In this document: piece after piece, positions 19,326-28,153 of the stretch
Layout: each line of letters begins with the position of its first letter
Numbering within the stretch: the stretch's first letter is position 1
Assembly: GCA_965242965.1 (NCBI GenBank)
Contig: OZ251518.1
Location: 4,128,001 to 4,192,000, forward strand
DNA length: 64,000 nucleotides
Direction: 5' to 3'
From: Candidatus Poribacteria bacterium
Lineage (GTDB): Bacteria; Poribacteria; WGA-4E; WGA-3G
The notes under the pieces: model-generated
Told to the model about the DNA's origin: nothing
The model's input: the letters and a program-made list of their open reading frames with translations, nothing else
Database searches by the model: none
Program-made: the position numbers and the translations under genes

Positions 19326-21563
19326 CTATTCCTGAAACAGCGAGGCATCTAACGCTGCATTCAACGTTACCTGCGAGATCCAACTCTCCGTGAAGAGCTC
19401 TCCATCAACATTTTGGACAACATGATGCGTCACCTGGATACCATCGACATCCCGATAATCGTCAAAAAACGTTTCCCGATTCGCGGTAACGCCTTGCGAC
19501 ATCTCGCGGAAACCCATCTTCACAACGTAGTGCGTTTCCTCGCTAATGAAGATACGAAGGAGCTCCCCCGAAGGCTGTGTGACAAGCAACACTGCCGCCG
19601 GCGTTCCCCCTACATCTTCTGTCCCAGCGTATTGCACCGGGATATCGTTCAGCGTGAGGTTTGTCAGTAGCCAGATCGTCTCACGAAAAACGCCGTCCCT
19701 ATAGGTGTTCACCGCCTCAGGTGGCAGCGGTTGCACCCCCATCTGGCTCTTCATAACCGCAGTTTCGCCATCGAAAATCTGACTCATCTCGCCTACCTGT
19801 GGGATAGACGCGTCTTGGCGGAATTTGTCCGGATAGAGATAATACGACGTGCCTTCGATCTGCATCGGGCCGTTCGGCGTATTGGCGGCAGTCTTGCCTT
19901 TCAACACGATGTTTTTCACCGCCTGCAGCTTCTCGATTCCGCCGTGTGCTTCAACGGCTGCGGCGAGAATCTCCTTTGCCATTGCGATGTCCGCCTCGCT
20001 CGCCTCAGGCATCGGTTCCGCGGGTGGCGGCGCAGGACGCGCTATCTCAATCTCATTTACCTCGCCGAATTCGCTCAACGGCCGGTCAAAAATGTCCTTA
20101 TTGCCGACGGTGACGATAGTGAGTGCATCCGGATGGAGATATTTCTGTGCAACTTCCTGCACGTCTTCCGCCGTTACCTTTGCGATGTTATCACTGAATG
20201 TCTCAAGAAAATCGGGTGCGTAACCGCGAAATGCCAGCATCATCTGCTGAAAAGCGATCTGGCTGCTGCTATCAAACTGAAAAACGAACGAATTGGTGAG
20301 CGAATCCTTTGTCCGCTGCAACTCGTCTTCCGGGACCTGTGTATCCCGCAAATCGCTGACGATGTCAATAATGAGCGCGATTGCCTCGGCGGTTTTATCT
20401 GCGCGCGTCTGCGAATACGCAAACCACTCACCCGGGTTCGTGTAATAACTCGTCTGCATCAAACTGCCCACCATATAGGCGAGTCCGTGTTTCTCGCGCA
20501 CCTCCCGCATCAGCCGTGACGTAAACCCGCCTTCACCGAGGATCTCGTTCATGACACGGAGCGCGAAGTAGTCCGGAAAATCAGGCGTGCGCTTGATACC
20601 GAAATGCCCGATTAACATCGTCGTCTGATTTAGCTCCTTGAAAATATAGTTGACAGACGGCTCCGGCGCGTTTTCTACCGACGGCACGGCAGGAAACTCA
20701 ATCACCGAGTTTTCCCATCCCGCAAACACCGTTTCCAATTGCGCGATGAGCGTCTCTGTCTCAAAATCGCCGGTAATCGCGAGGCTGATGTTGTCGGGTT
20801 GATAGTATTTCGCATGGAACGCCTGAAGATCAGCGACAGTGATGCTCTCCACGCCTTCAATCTCGGAATACCGACCAAACGGATGCGATTTCCCGTAAAG
20901 CAGTGCGGAGAAATTGCGCCACGCTAACTGAATAGGATTGTCGTTTCTGCGACGGATGGACTCGATTGCCTGCTGTTTGCGGAGTTCCAGTTTATCCTCC
21001 CGAAACGCCGGATGCATCAGCACATCGGCAAAGATTTCCAACCCCTTTTCAATATCCTCGGCGAGGGTTGAGAGACTCATCCCGCCATATTCCGCGGACA
21101 TGCTGATTTCAACGGCGGCGGCCATCGATTCCAATTCCTCGTTGAGTGCATCGGGCTCGCGCGAGACGGTGCCGCCGGTGCGCATCACGCTGGCGAAGAT
21201 GGATGCTAATCCCACCTTATCCCCCGGTTCATAGATGCTGCCTGTCTTAATCAATCCGTTGATGTTGAAGAGCGGCAACTCCCGGTCCTCCAGCAAATAG
21301 AGTTTCATCCCGTTTGACAACTCGCGCTGTTCCGGGACAGGCGGTTTGAATTGGATGGGTTCAAACGTGAGTTCTTCGTGCGGTTTCGCTATTGTCGGCA
21401 GGGTTACGCACAGCATCGCCAAGGCAATGAGCATCGCGATGCTCAACCACTTTCGGTACAGCGAGGGCCACTTTCGGTACAGCGAGGGCCACTTTCGGCA
21501 CAGCGAGGGAAAGACACTCGCACTACGGGTTAAGGTAGTCGATATGACACGTTGATTTTTCAT
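19326..21563 (-). CDS. M16 (pitrilysin) family peptidase, non-catalytic subunit with extra C-terminal domain
   Basis: LSNGMKLYLLED, no HxxEH (SIFAS instead), SRLMREVREKHGLAY; about 230-aa C-terminal beta-rich extension. Exact start uncertain. Confidence 0.88.
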   Translation of the reverse strand: MKNQRVISTTLTRSASVFPSLCRKWPSLYRKWPSLYRKWLSIAMLIALAMLCVTLPTIAKPHEELTFEPIQFKPPVPEQRELSNGMKLYLLEDRELPLFNINGLIKTGSIYEPGDKVGLASIFASVMRTGGTVSREPDALNEELESMAAAVEISMSAEYGGMSLSTLAEDIEKGLEIFADVLMHPAFREDKLELRKQQAIESIRRRNDNPIQLAWRNFSALLYGKSHPFGRYSEIEGVESITVADLQAFHAKYYQPDNISLAITGDFETETLIAQLETVFAGWENSVIEFPAVPSVENAPEPSVNYIFKELNQTTMLIGHFGIKRTPDFPDYFALRVMNEILGEGGFTSRLMREVREKHGLAYMVGSLMQTSYYTNPGEWFAYSQTRADKTAEAIALIIDIVSDLRDTQVPEDELQRTKDSLTNSFVFQFDSSSQIAFQQMMLAFRGYAPDFLETFSDNIAKVTAEDVQEVAQKYLHPDALTIVTVGNKDIFDRPLSEFGEVNEIEIARPAPPPAEPMPEASEADIAMAKEILAAAVEAHGGIEKLQAVKNIVLKGKTAANTPNGPMQIEGTSYYLYPDKFRQDASIPQVGEMSQIFDGETAVMKSQMGVQPLPPEAVNTYRDGVFRETIWLLTNLTLNDIPVQYAGTEDVGGTPAAVLLVTQPSGELLRIFISEETHYVVKMGFREMSQGVTANRETFFDDYRDVDGIQVTHHVVQNVDGELFTESWISQVTLNAALDASLFQE
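21448..21509. repeat. 21-bp tandem repeat x3 in the 5' end of the M16 gene
   Basis: cactttcggtacagcgagggc repeated (PSLYRKW). Confidence 0.85.
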
Positions 21564-23062
21564 TCGGTATCCTCCTTATCGGGAGTCTTCTTAATCAGGG
21601 TGGCGACAGTCCTGTTGCTTTTCGTAAAATAGGTTTCCGCCGCTTTCATGATGTCTTCCGGCGTGATTTGATACATTTTTTCGCGCCAATCGAGGATATA
21701 CTCCCAGTTACCGGCGATGCCTTCATAGAAGGCTAACTGCCGCGCCATGCCCGTGTTTGAGCTAAGGTTACGGATGAAGCCGGCATCAACCTGCTTCAGA
21801 ATCCGTTTAAATTCCTTGTCCGCCACCGGTTCCGTCTTTAGTCGTTCTAACTCCGCGTAAATTGCCGCTTCAACGTCAGCCGTTGTGTTGGGCGAACGCG
21901 GGGTGGCATCAATCACAAAGAGATTGTCGTAGCGCGCGCCGGGGTAGCCGTTACTGGCATCGACAGAAACCGCTATTCCCTTTTCGACGATGTTTTTGTA
22001 AAACCGCGAGGTGCGGCCATCTGCCAGAATCGCGCTAATCATGTCCAGCACATAATCGTCAAAATGCGGGATAGTGGGTTTATGATACCCGAGCATGAGT
22101 TGCGGTTCCGCGTCAAATTCCACTTCGATGCGGCGTTCGCCTTCCTGCGGCGGTTCGTCTACCGTCACTGCCGCGGGCAGCGGTTGCGAGGGGATGTCCC
22201 CGAAATACTTGTCGATGAGTTGTATGGTATCCTCAACGTTAATATCGCCGACGATTACCATCACGGAGTTATTGGGCGCGTAGTGGATGCGGAAGAATTC
22301 CGCCGCTTTCCGGCGATTGAGCATCGCAATGTCCGAGGGCCACCCGATAATCGGCATACCGTAAGGGTGCGCGGTGAAAGCGGCGGCGATGAACTGTTCA
22401 TAAAGTTTACCGCCCGGGTCGGTATCTACGCGCATTCGGCGTTCTTCTTTGACTGCCTCGCGTTCCACATAAAACTCGCGCAAAACGGCGTTTTTCAGCC
22501 GGTCTGCCTCCAACATCGCCCACAACTCCAACTTGTTAGAGGGCAATGCCACGGTGTAAATCGTATAGTCCACGGAGGTGCCGACGTTGAAGCCGGTGCT
22601 GCCGTGTTGCGTGTAAATTTCGGTATATTCGCCGGTGACAATCCACGCTTTGGCGGCTTCTTGCTGCGCTTTGAGTTCCGCCGCCAATTCGGCGATTTTT
22701 TCGGCATCGGCGCGATTGCCCTTGGCGCGCTCCATGTCAAGCGCGTCGCCTATCCGGTCGATCTCCGCCAAAACCGCCTTCTCCTGTTCATAGTCTTTGG
22801 TGCCGATAGTTTTCGTGCCTTTGAACAGCATGTGCTCTAACATGTGCGCGATGCCGCGTGCGTCGTCAGACTCGTCTACGGAACCGGCTTTAAACAGGAT
22901 ATACGGCGCAACCGTCGGCGAGGTGTGCCGTTCTATCATGAGCAGTTTCAATCCGTTCGGGAAGGTATGTTCTACCACCCGGTCTGCCAGATTTTGTGCG
23001 GAGGCAACCCCGTGCAAAATCATCAGCACGAGGAGCATCAGCCATCGACTGACGTGTTTCAT
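21560..23062 (-). CDS. M16 family Zn metallopeptidase, catalytic subunit
   Basis: Signal peptide; GIAHMLEHMLFKGT (HxxEH); EREAVKEERR; HPYGMPIIG. Confidence 0.93.
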   Translation of the reverse strand: MKHVSRWLMLLVLMILHGVASAQNLADRVVEHTFPNGLKLLMIERHTSPTVAPYILFKAGSVDESDDARGIAHMLEHMLFKGTKTIGTKDYEQEKAVLAEIDRIGDALDMERAKGNRADAEKIAELAAELKAQQEAAKAWIVTGEYTEIYTQHGSTGFNVGTSVDYTIYTVALPSNKLELWAMLEADRLKNAVLREFYVEREAVKEERRMRVDTDPGGKLYEQFIAAAFTAHPYGMPIIGWPSDIAMLNRRKAAEFFRIHYAPNNSVMVIVGDINVEDTIQLIDKYFGDIPSQPLPAAVTVDEPPQEGERRIEVEFDAEPQLMLGYHKPTIPHFDDYVLDMISAILADGRTSRFYKNIVEKGIAVSVDASNGYPGARYDNLFVIDATPRSPNTTADVEAAIYAELERLKTEPVADKEFKRILKQVDAGFIRNLSSNTGMARQLAFYEGIAGNWEYILDWREKMYQITPEDIMKAAETYFTKSNRTVATLIKKTPDKEDTE

Positions 23063-23075
23063 TTTTCACTCCTTG

Positions 23076-23535
23076 TATAATCTCACGTAATGGAACGTAG
23101 GGCGGGGGCCTGTCCCCCGCCGTGCTACGATCGCGAGGGACAGGCCCTCGCACTACGAGCTTGGAACGTATTATCCCGTCCTTGGAACGTATTATCCCGT
23201 CCTTGGAACGTATTATCCCGTCCTTGGAACGTAGGGCGGGGGCCTGTCCCCCGCCGTGTTACGATCGCGTATAATCTCACGTAATGGAACGTAGGGCGGG
23301 GGCCTGTCCCCCGCCATGTTACGATCGCGAGGGACAGGCCCTCGCGCTACGGGCCCTGGAGGGAACTTGTCCTCCAACGTTTACGATCGCGAGGGACAGG
23401 CCCTCGCGCTACGGGCCCTGGAGGGAACTTGTCCTCCAACGTTCACGATCGCGAGGGACAGGCCCTCGCGCTACGGGCCGCGGGGGTGTTCGTCCGCGCG
23501 GCGATTCGCGAGGGACAGGCCCTCGCACTACGGGC
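23076..23535. repeat. REP mosaic with 21-bp tandem (cttggaacgtattatcccgtc x3) and local duplications
   Basis: Direct inspection; the segment gtataatctcacgtaatggaacgtagggcggggg occurs at 23076 and 23269. Confidence 0.88.
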
Positions 23536-23580
23536 GAGAGGCGGCGCGCTTTACAAGCGCGCCCACCAATAATAAGCCGC

Positions 23581-23838
23581 TTACTCTTTCGCCAGATCGC
23601 CGAGCAACCCGACGAGGGCAAATCGGACATGCGACGAGAGCGCGGAATTCTCCGCGCGAAGGTCCGCGCCTTCCTCGTCCGGATACATCACGTGTTGTGC
23701 CACAGCGCGTTTGACCCACCGTTCTGCCCGGTCATCGTAAGGGACATACTTCTCTTTCGGTGCCGTGCAAGCCGGGCACTCATCAGGCGGGCTATCCGCT
23801 TCTTTCCACAGATACCCGCAGGCTATACAAACAAACAT
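23581..23838 (-). CDS. Rubredoxin-like small protein
   Basis: FVCIACGYLW...PPDECPACTAPKEKY (CxxC..CPxC); GAGG RBS. Confidence 0.85.
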   Translation of the reverse strand: MFVCIACGYLWKEADSPPDECPACTAPKEKYVPYDDRAERWVKRAVAQHVMYPDEEGADLRAENSALSSHVRFALVGLLGDLAKE

Positions 23839-23920
23839 TGCGAATTCCTCTCTTTTGAAAAAATTATGAGTGTTTCTATTCTAGCAAATTTTCTATTGCA
23901 ATGCAAGGTTTAATTTATTT

Positions 23921-24590
23921 GCGGGTGTTTCATAAAGCGTTCAACGTCGCGGGGGACAGGCTCCCGCGCTACGGCGAGAAAAAACGCCTCTCCTTCACGT
24001 AGGGCGTGGGCCCTCGCATGCCACACGCGCCGGCGAGGTTTCCCTCGCCATCGTCGGCGCACTCCAACGATCGCGGGGGACAGGCCCCCGCGCTACGATA
24101 AAAAAAACGGTACTTCACCGTAGGGCGAGGGCCTGTCCCTCGCCACCGTTCGCGAGCCAGGCCCTGTAGGGCAGGATCGTCTGAAGCTCTGGCATAATTG
24201 CCAAGCGATCCTGACCTGTTTGTGATCAGGCGATCACAAACTACAGAGGGAGCGCGAAAATCCCTCTTCATCGTAGGGCGAGGGCCTGTCCCTCGCCATG
24301 CCTCGCGCTACGGAAAAACGTCTCTAAGGTCCGTAGGACCTTAATGTCTATAGCACTCGGCGACGTGAAGAGATTTAAGGTCCTTTAGGTCTTAATAGTT
24401 TTTGACATGCGGCGAGTTTTTTTATTAAGGACCTAAAGGACCTTGACATGGGACCGGCACGTTTTTCTATAGACATGTAGGTCCTAAAGGACCTAAAACG
24501 CCATCTCTTGACGATGGCGATCGCGGGGGACAGGCCCCCGCGCTACGAGAACATCGAGACCGGGAGGTCTCTCCTACCCGAAGAAATCAA
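23921..24590. repeat. REP mosaic with left TIR and AGGTCC/CTATAG element (about 24325-24497)
   Basis: Direct inspection of repeat units. Confidence 0.9.
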
Positions 24591-24606
24591 GACCAGTTCG
24601 CAGCTT

Positions 24607-26622
24607 TCATCGTGTCTTCAGTTCAGCAATTTGATCGCGGAAGTCGGCGGCCTGCTCAAAATCCAGGTCCAACGCAGCCTTGTGCATCTGCCGCGTTAAA
24701 TCGGCGATGATCGCCTGAACGTCTTCACGTTTGGAATCCTCTGGAACAACAACCCGTTTCGCAGGCTTCGTCGTCTCGTATTCCGCTGACGATTCGGCGA
24801 TGAGCTCCTGAATAGCCTTTTCGATTGTCGCGGGCGTGATGTTGTGTTCGGTGTTATATTTCATCTGCGCCTCGCGTCGCCGGCGCGTCTCCCGCATCGC
24901 TTCAGCCATCGCATCCGTGATGGTATCGCCATATAGGATCACCTCGCCATCAACGTTCCGCGCCGCGCGTCCCGATGTCTGCACCAATGATCGAACCGAC
25001 CTGAGGAACCCGGGCCGGTCTGCGTCTAAAATCGCGACAAGGGAGACTTCCGGCAGGTCCAACCCCTCGCGCAGCAGGTTGATGCCGACAAGCACATCAA
25101 ACACGCCTTCGCGCAGTTCGCGGAGAATGCGCGCCCGGTCAAACACGTCAACTTCGGCGTGCATGTAATTCGCACGGATGCCTGCCTCCGTGAAATACTC
25201 CGTTAAATCCTCCGCCATCCGTTTCGTCAGAGTTGTGACGAGGACGCGCTGTTTCCGCGTCACGCGCTCGCGAATCTTGCCCATGAGATGGTCGATCTGG
25301 TTTTTCACGGGATGGACAGCAATCTCCGGATCGATGAGGCCTGTCGGGCGGATCAGCTGCTCGGCAATCTGGGTGCTGTTTTCCAATTCATAAGGCCCCG
25401 GCGTTGCCGAGACAAAAACGACTTGGTTGACATGCGCCTCAACCTCTTCAAACCGAAGCGGACGGTTATCCAACGCCGATGGCAATCGAAACCCGTAATT
25501 GACGAGCGTCTCCTTTCTCGACCGGTCACCGCGATACATCCCGCGCAGTTGTGGGATAGTCACGTGCGATTCGTCCACAAAAAAGAGGAAATCGTCAGGG
25601 AAATAGTGGAGGAGGCAGTAAGGCGGTTCTCCCGGTTGCAACCCGGAGAGATGCCGCGAATAATTTTCAATGCCTGAGCAGTAGCCCACCTCCCGCAACA
25701 TCTCCAGATCGAAGCGGGTGCGCTGTTCGATGCGCTGCGCCTCTAGCAGTTTGTTCATCTTCTTGAACTCAATGATGCGTTCTTGGAGTTCAAGTTCGAT
25801 GTTAATGAGTGCCTCGTCAAAGATTTCGGCATCTGTCATGAAGTGCTTCGCGGGGTAGATTTCCAGACTTTCCGGTTTTCCCAGCACTTCGCCTGTCGTG
25901 GTGTCAATTTCGGCGATTCTGTCGATTTCGTCGCCAAACAATTCAATGCGATAGGCGTTTTCGGAATACGCCGGAAACACCTCAATCACGTCGCCGCGCG
26001 CGCGGAATGTGCCTTGCCAAAAGTCAACATCGTTGCGAGTATATTGAATGCTGACTAAATCACGAAGCAATCTATCGCGGCGGACAACCTGTCCAATCTC
26101 AACGTCAACCTTCTGTCCTTCAAATTCATCGGGGGAGCCGAGGCCATAGAGGCACGAGACACTGGCGACGACGATGACATCGCGCCGCGAGATTAAGGAG
26201 GCACTCGCAGCGAGGCGCATCCGCGTGATCTCCTCGTTAATCCGCACATCCTTCTCAATATAGGTATCGGTAGAGGGGATGTATGCCTCCGGTTGATAAT
26301 ACTCGTAATCGCTGACGAAGTAGTGAACGGCGTTGTTTGGGAAGAACGTCCGGAACTCGTTGTAAAGTTGCGCGGCGAGCGTCTTATTCGGTGAAATGAC
26401 GAGGGTGGGACGCTGGACGTTCTCGATGAGATTTGCCATCGTATAGGTTTTGCCGGAGCCTGTCACGCCGAGGAGTGTCTGTGCTTTATCGCCTCGGCGG
26501 AGTCCTTCGGAGAGTTGCGCGATGGCTTGTGGCTGGTCTCCTTGCGGCGTGAAGTCAGATATTAATTCAAAACGTTGCATTTCGCCGCTATGTTTGATGA
26601 TGCGCTTGATTTTTTCTCGCAT
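24607..26622 (-). CDS. uvrB: Excinuclease ABC subunit B
   Basis: PQGDQPQAI, LGVTGSGKT, YYQPEAY, DESH, GINLLREGLDLPEVSLV and the C-terminal UVR motif. Confidence 0.98.
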   Translation of the reverse strand: MREKIKRIIKHSGEMQRFELISDFTPQGDQPQAIAQLSEGLRRGDKAQTLLGVTGSGKTYTMANLIENVQRPTLVISPNKTLAAQLYNEFRTFFPNNAVHYFVSDYEYYQPEAYIPSTDTYIEKDVRINEEITRMRLAASASLISRRDVIVVASVSCLYGLGSPDEFEGQKVDVEIGQVVRRDRLLRDLVSIQYTRNDVDFWQGTFRARGDVIEVFPAYSENAYRIELFGDEIDRIAEIDTTTGEVLGKPESLEIYPAKHFMTDAEIFDEALINIELELQERIIEFKKMNKLLEAQRIEQRTRFDLEMLREVGYCSGIENYSRHLSGLQPGEPPYCLLHYFPDDFLFFVDESHVTIPQLRGMYRGDRSRKETLVNYGFRLPSALDNRPLRFEEVEAHVNQVVFVSATPGPYELENSTQIAEQLIRPTGLIDPEIAVHPVKNQIDHLMGKIRERVTRKQRVLVTTLTKRMAEDLTEYFTEAGIRANYMHAEVDVFDRARILRELREGVFDVLVGINLLREGLDLPEVSLVAILDADRPGFLRSVRSLVQTSGRAARNVDGEVILYGDTITDAMAEAMRETRRRREAQMKYNTEHNITPATIEKAIQELIAESSAEYETTKPAKRVVVPEDSKREDVQAIIADLTRQMHKAALDLDFEQAADFRDQIAELKTR

Positions 26623-26693
26623 GTGCGTGCTCCTTTGCGCGGTTTGTTAAAAGGTGTTACGTTTAGTATAGCATATTCTGGGGGAAATGTGGA

Positions 26694-27690
26694 GCAGGAT
26701 TTGCAGGATTTATAGGATTTACAAGATGAAGAGAAAATGGGTTTTACCGTAGCGCGGGGGCCTGTCCCCCGCGAGCGTTCAATTGTTTGAAGCAGGATTT
26801 ACAAGATTTATAGGATTTGCAGGATTATCTCTCACGCAACGAGCCTTCTTTTTGCAACGGATGCCTCTTCAGGTCCTTTAGGGACCTGCATGTCTATAGA
26901 AAAACGGACCTGCCACCGTTTTCAAGGTCCTACAGACCTTAGGTTCATCGTGGTGCGGGGGCTATAGACATTAAGGTTTTACAGACCTTAAGTCCCGAGA
27001 GGAAACCCCACCTTTTTTCGTAGGGCGGGGGCCTGTCCCCCGCGATGCTAATTGGCTGAAGCAGGCTGAACCTAAGTAGTTCGGGATCGCCTGATCCCGA
27101 ACGGGTCAAGATCGGGCGATCTTGACCTACAGAGACGAGGCAAATTATCTGTCCCCCGCGAAGCCTCTTGTTGTCTGAATCAGGATTCACAAGATTCACA
27201 CGATTTACAAGAGTATCTTTCGCGCCGCTAGCATTTTTTTGCAATGGATGCCTCTTCAGGTCCTTTAGGTCCTGCATGTCTATAGAAAACGGGTTTCCAT
27301 AATTTTCAAGGTCCGTTAGGACCTTAATGGAAATGGCAGCCAAGCGAGTCAAGGCACATTAAGGACCTAAAGGACCTTAAGTTCATCGTGGTGCGAGGAA
27401 CTATAGACATTAAGGTCTTACAGACTTTAGGTCCTGAGCGGAAACGCCACAGTTACCGTAGCGCGGGGGCCTGTCCCCCGCGAACGTTCGATCCAAACGA
27501 AAAACGTCGCGGGGAACGTAGCGCGGGGGCCTGTCCCCCGCAATCTCTCTGCCAAAACGAGAAACGTCCGCAGCCCTAGAGGCTTGGACGTTTACTGTCA
27601 CGATCGATGCATGGCGAGGGACAGGCCCTCGCCCTACGGTGGTAGGAGGGTTTTTTAGGTGCCGTAGCGCGAGGGCCTGTCCCCCGTAAT
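26694..27690. repeat. About 1-kb repeat mosaic (9-bp caggattta tandems, AGGTCC/CTATAG elements, REP hairpins)
   Basis: caggatttg/taggattta/caagattta tandems at 26694, 26793 and 27180; AGGTCC elements at about 26869-26990 and 27256-27434. Confidence 0.9.
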
Positions 27691-27863
27691 GCCAATTGAA
27701 TGCTCAGCCAATTCACATACAATAAGCGGAACGTCACTCTCCTCCAGAGATTGCACGCCTCCTCCCCGACATGCCAAAAGCCGTCGGCATTATAGACGTA
27801 CTGGACCCCATCATAAGTGAAACTAATCCCCGTCTCGTGAGGGACGCAATGAACCTTGCTCAT
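27576..27863 (-). CDS. Small hypothetical protein; 3' part runs into REP repeats (possibly truncated)
   Basis: GGAGGT RBS before ATG 27863; unique sequence to about 27690, then repeat-derived RGTGPRAT. Confidence 0.4.
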   Translation of the reverse strand: MSKVHCVPHETGISFTYDGVQYVYNADGFWHVGEEACNLWRRVTFRLLYVNWLSIQLALRGTGPRATAPKKPSYHRRARACPSPCIDRDSKRPSL

Positions 27864-28074
27864 ACCTCCGCCTCCGTTTCTCGCTGCACTCAATCAAACG
27901 ATTAGCACGCCGAGAACACTCATCAAGCGAAATCTTTCCCGCCTGATAATCATCTGCAATCTGTTCCCACGCAGCGATAATATCCTGCGCCCGCGGACAC
28001 GGTTCTGTCAAAACAGAATACGCAATCACCGCAAGCAATGCACCGATGATAACGCCAATTAATAAATTGTTCAT
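27823..28074 (-). CDS. Small membrane-anchored hypothetical protein (83 aa)
   Basis: N-terminal TM (LLIGVIIGALLAVIAYSVL) followed by a helical, basic tail; weak RBS. Confidence 0.5.
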   Translation of the reverse strand: MNNLLIGVIIGALLAVIAYSVLTEPCPRAQDIIAAWEQIADDYQAGKISLDECSRRANRLIECSEKRRRRYEQGSLRPSRDGD

Positions 28075-28083
28075 AATGGATTC

Positions 28084-28130
28084 AAATGAAATGCGAAACC
28101 CCGCCGTGAAAAATCCACAGCGAGGTTTCG
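28084..28130 (-). terminator. Probable intrinsic terminator after the M15 peptidase gene
   Basis: CGAAACCUCGCUGUG..CACGGCGGGGUUUCG stem, with G-U pairs on the minus strand, followed by CAUUUCAUUU. Confidence 0.55.
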
Positions 28131-28153
28131 GTTATGCGCGTGATGCGCGCGGG

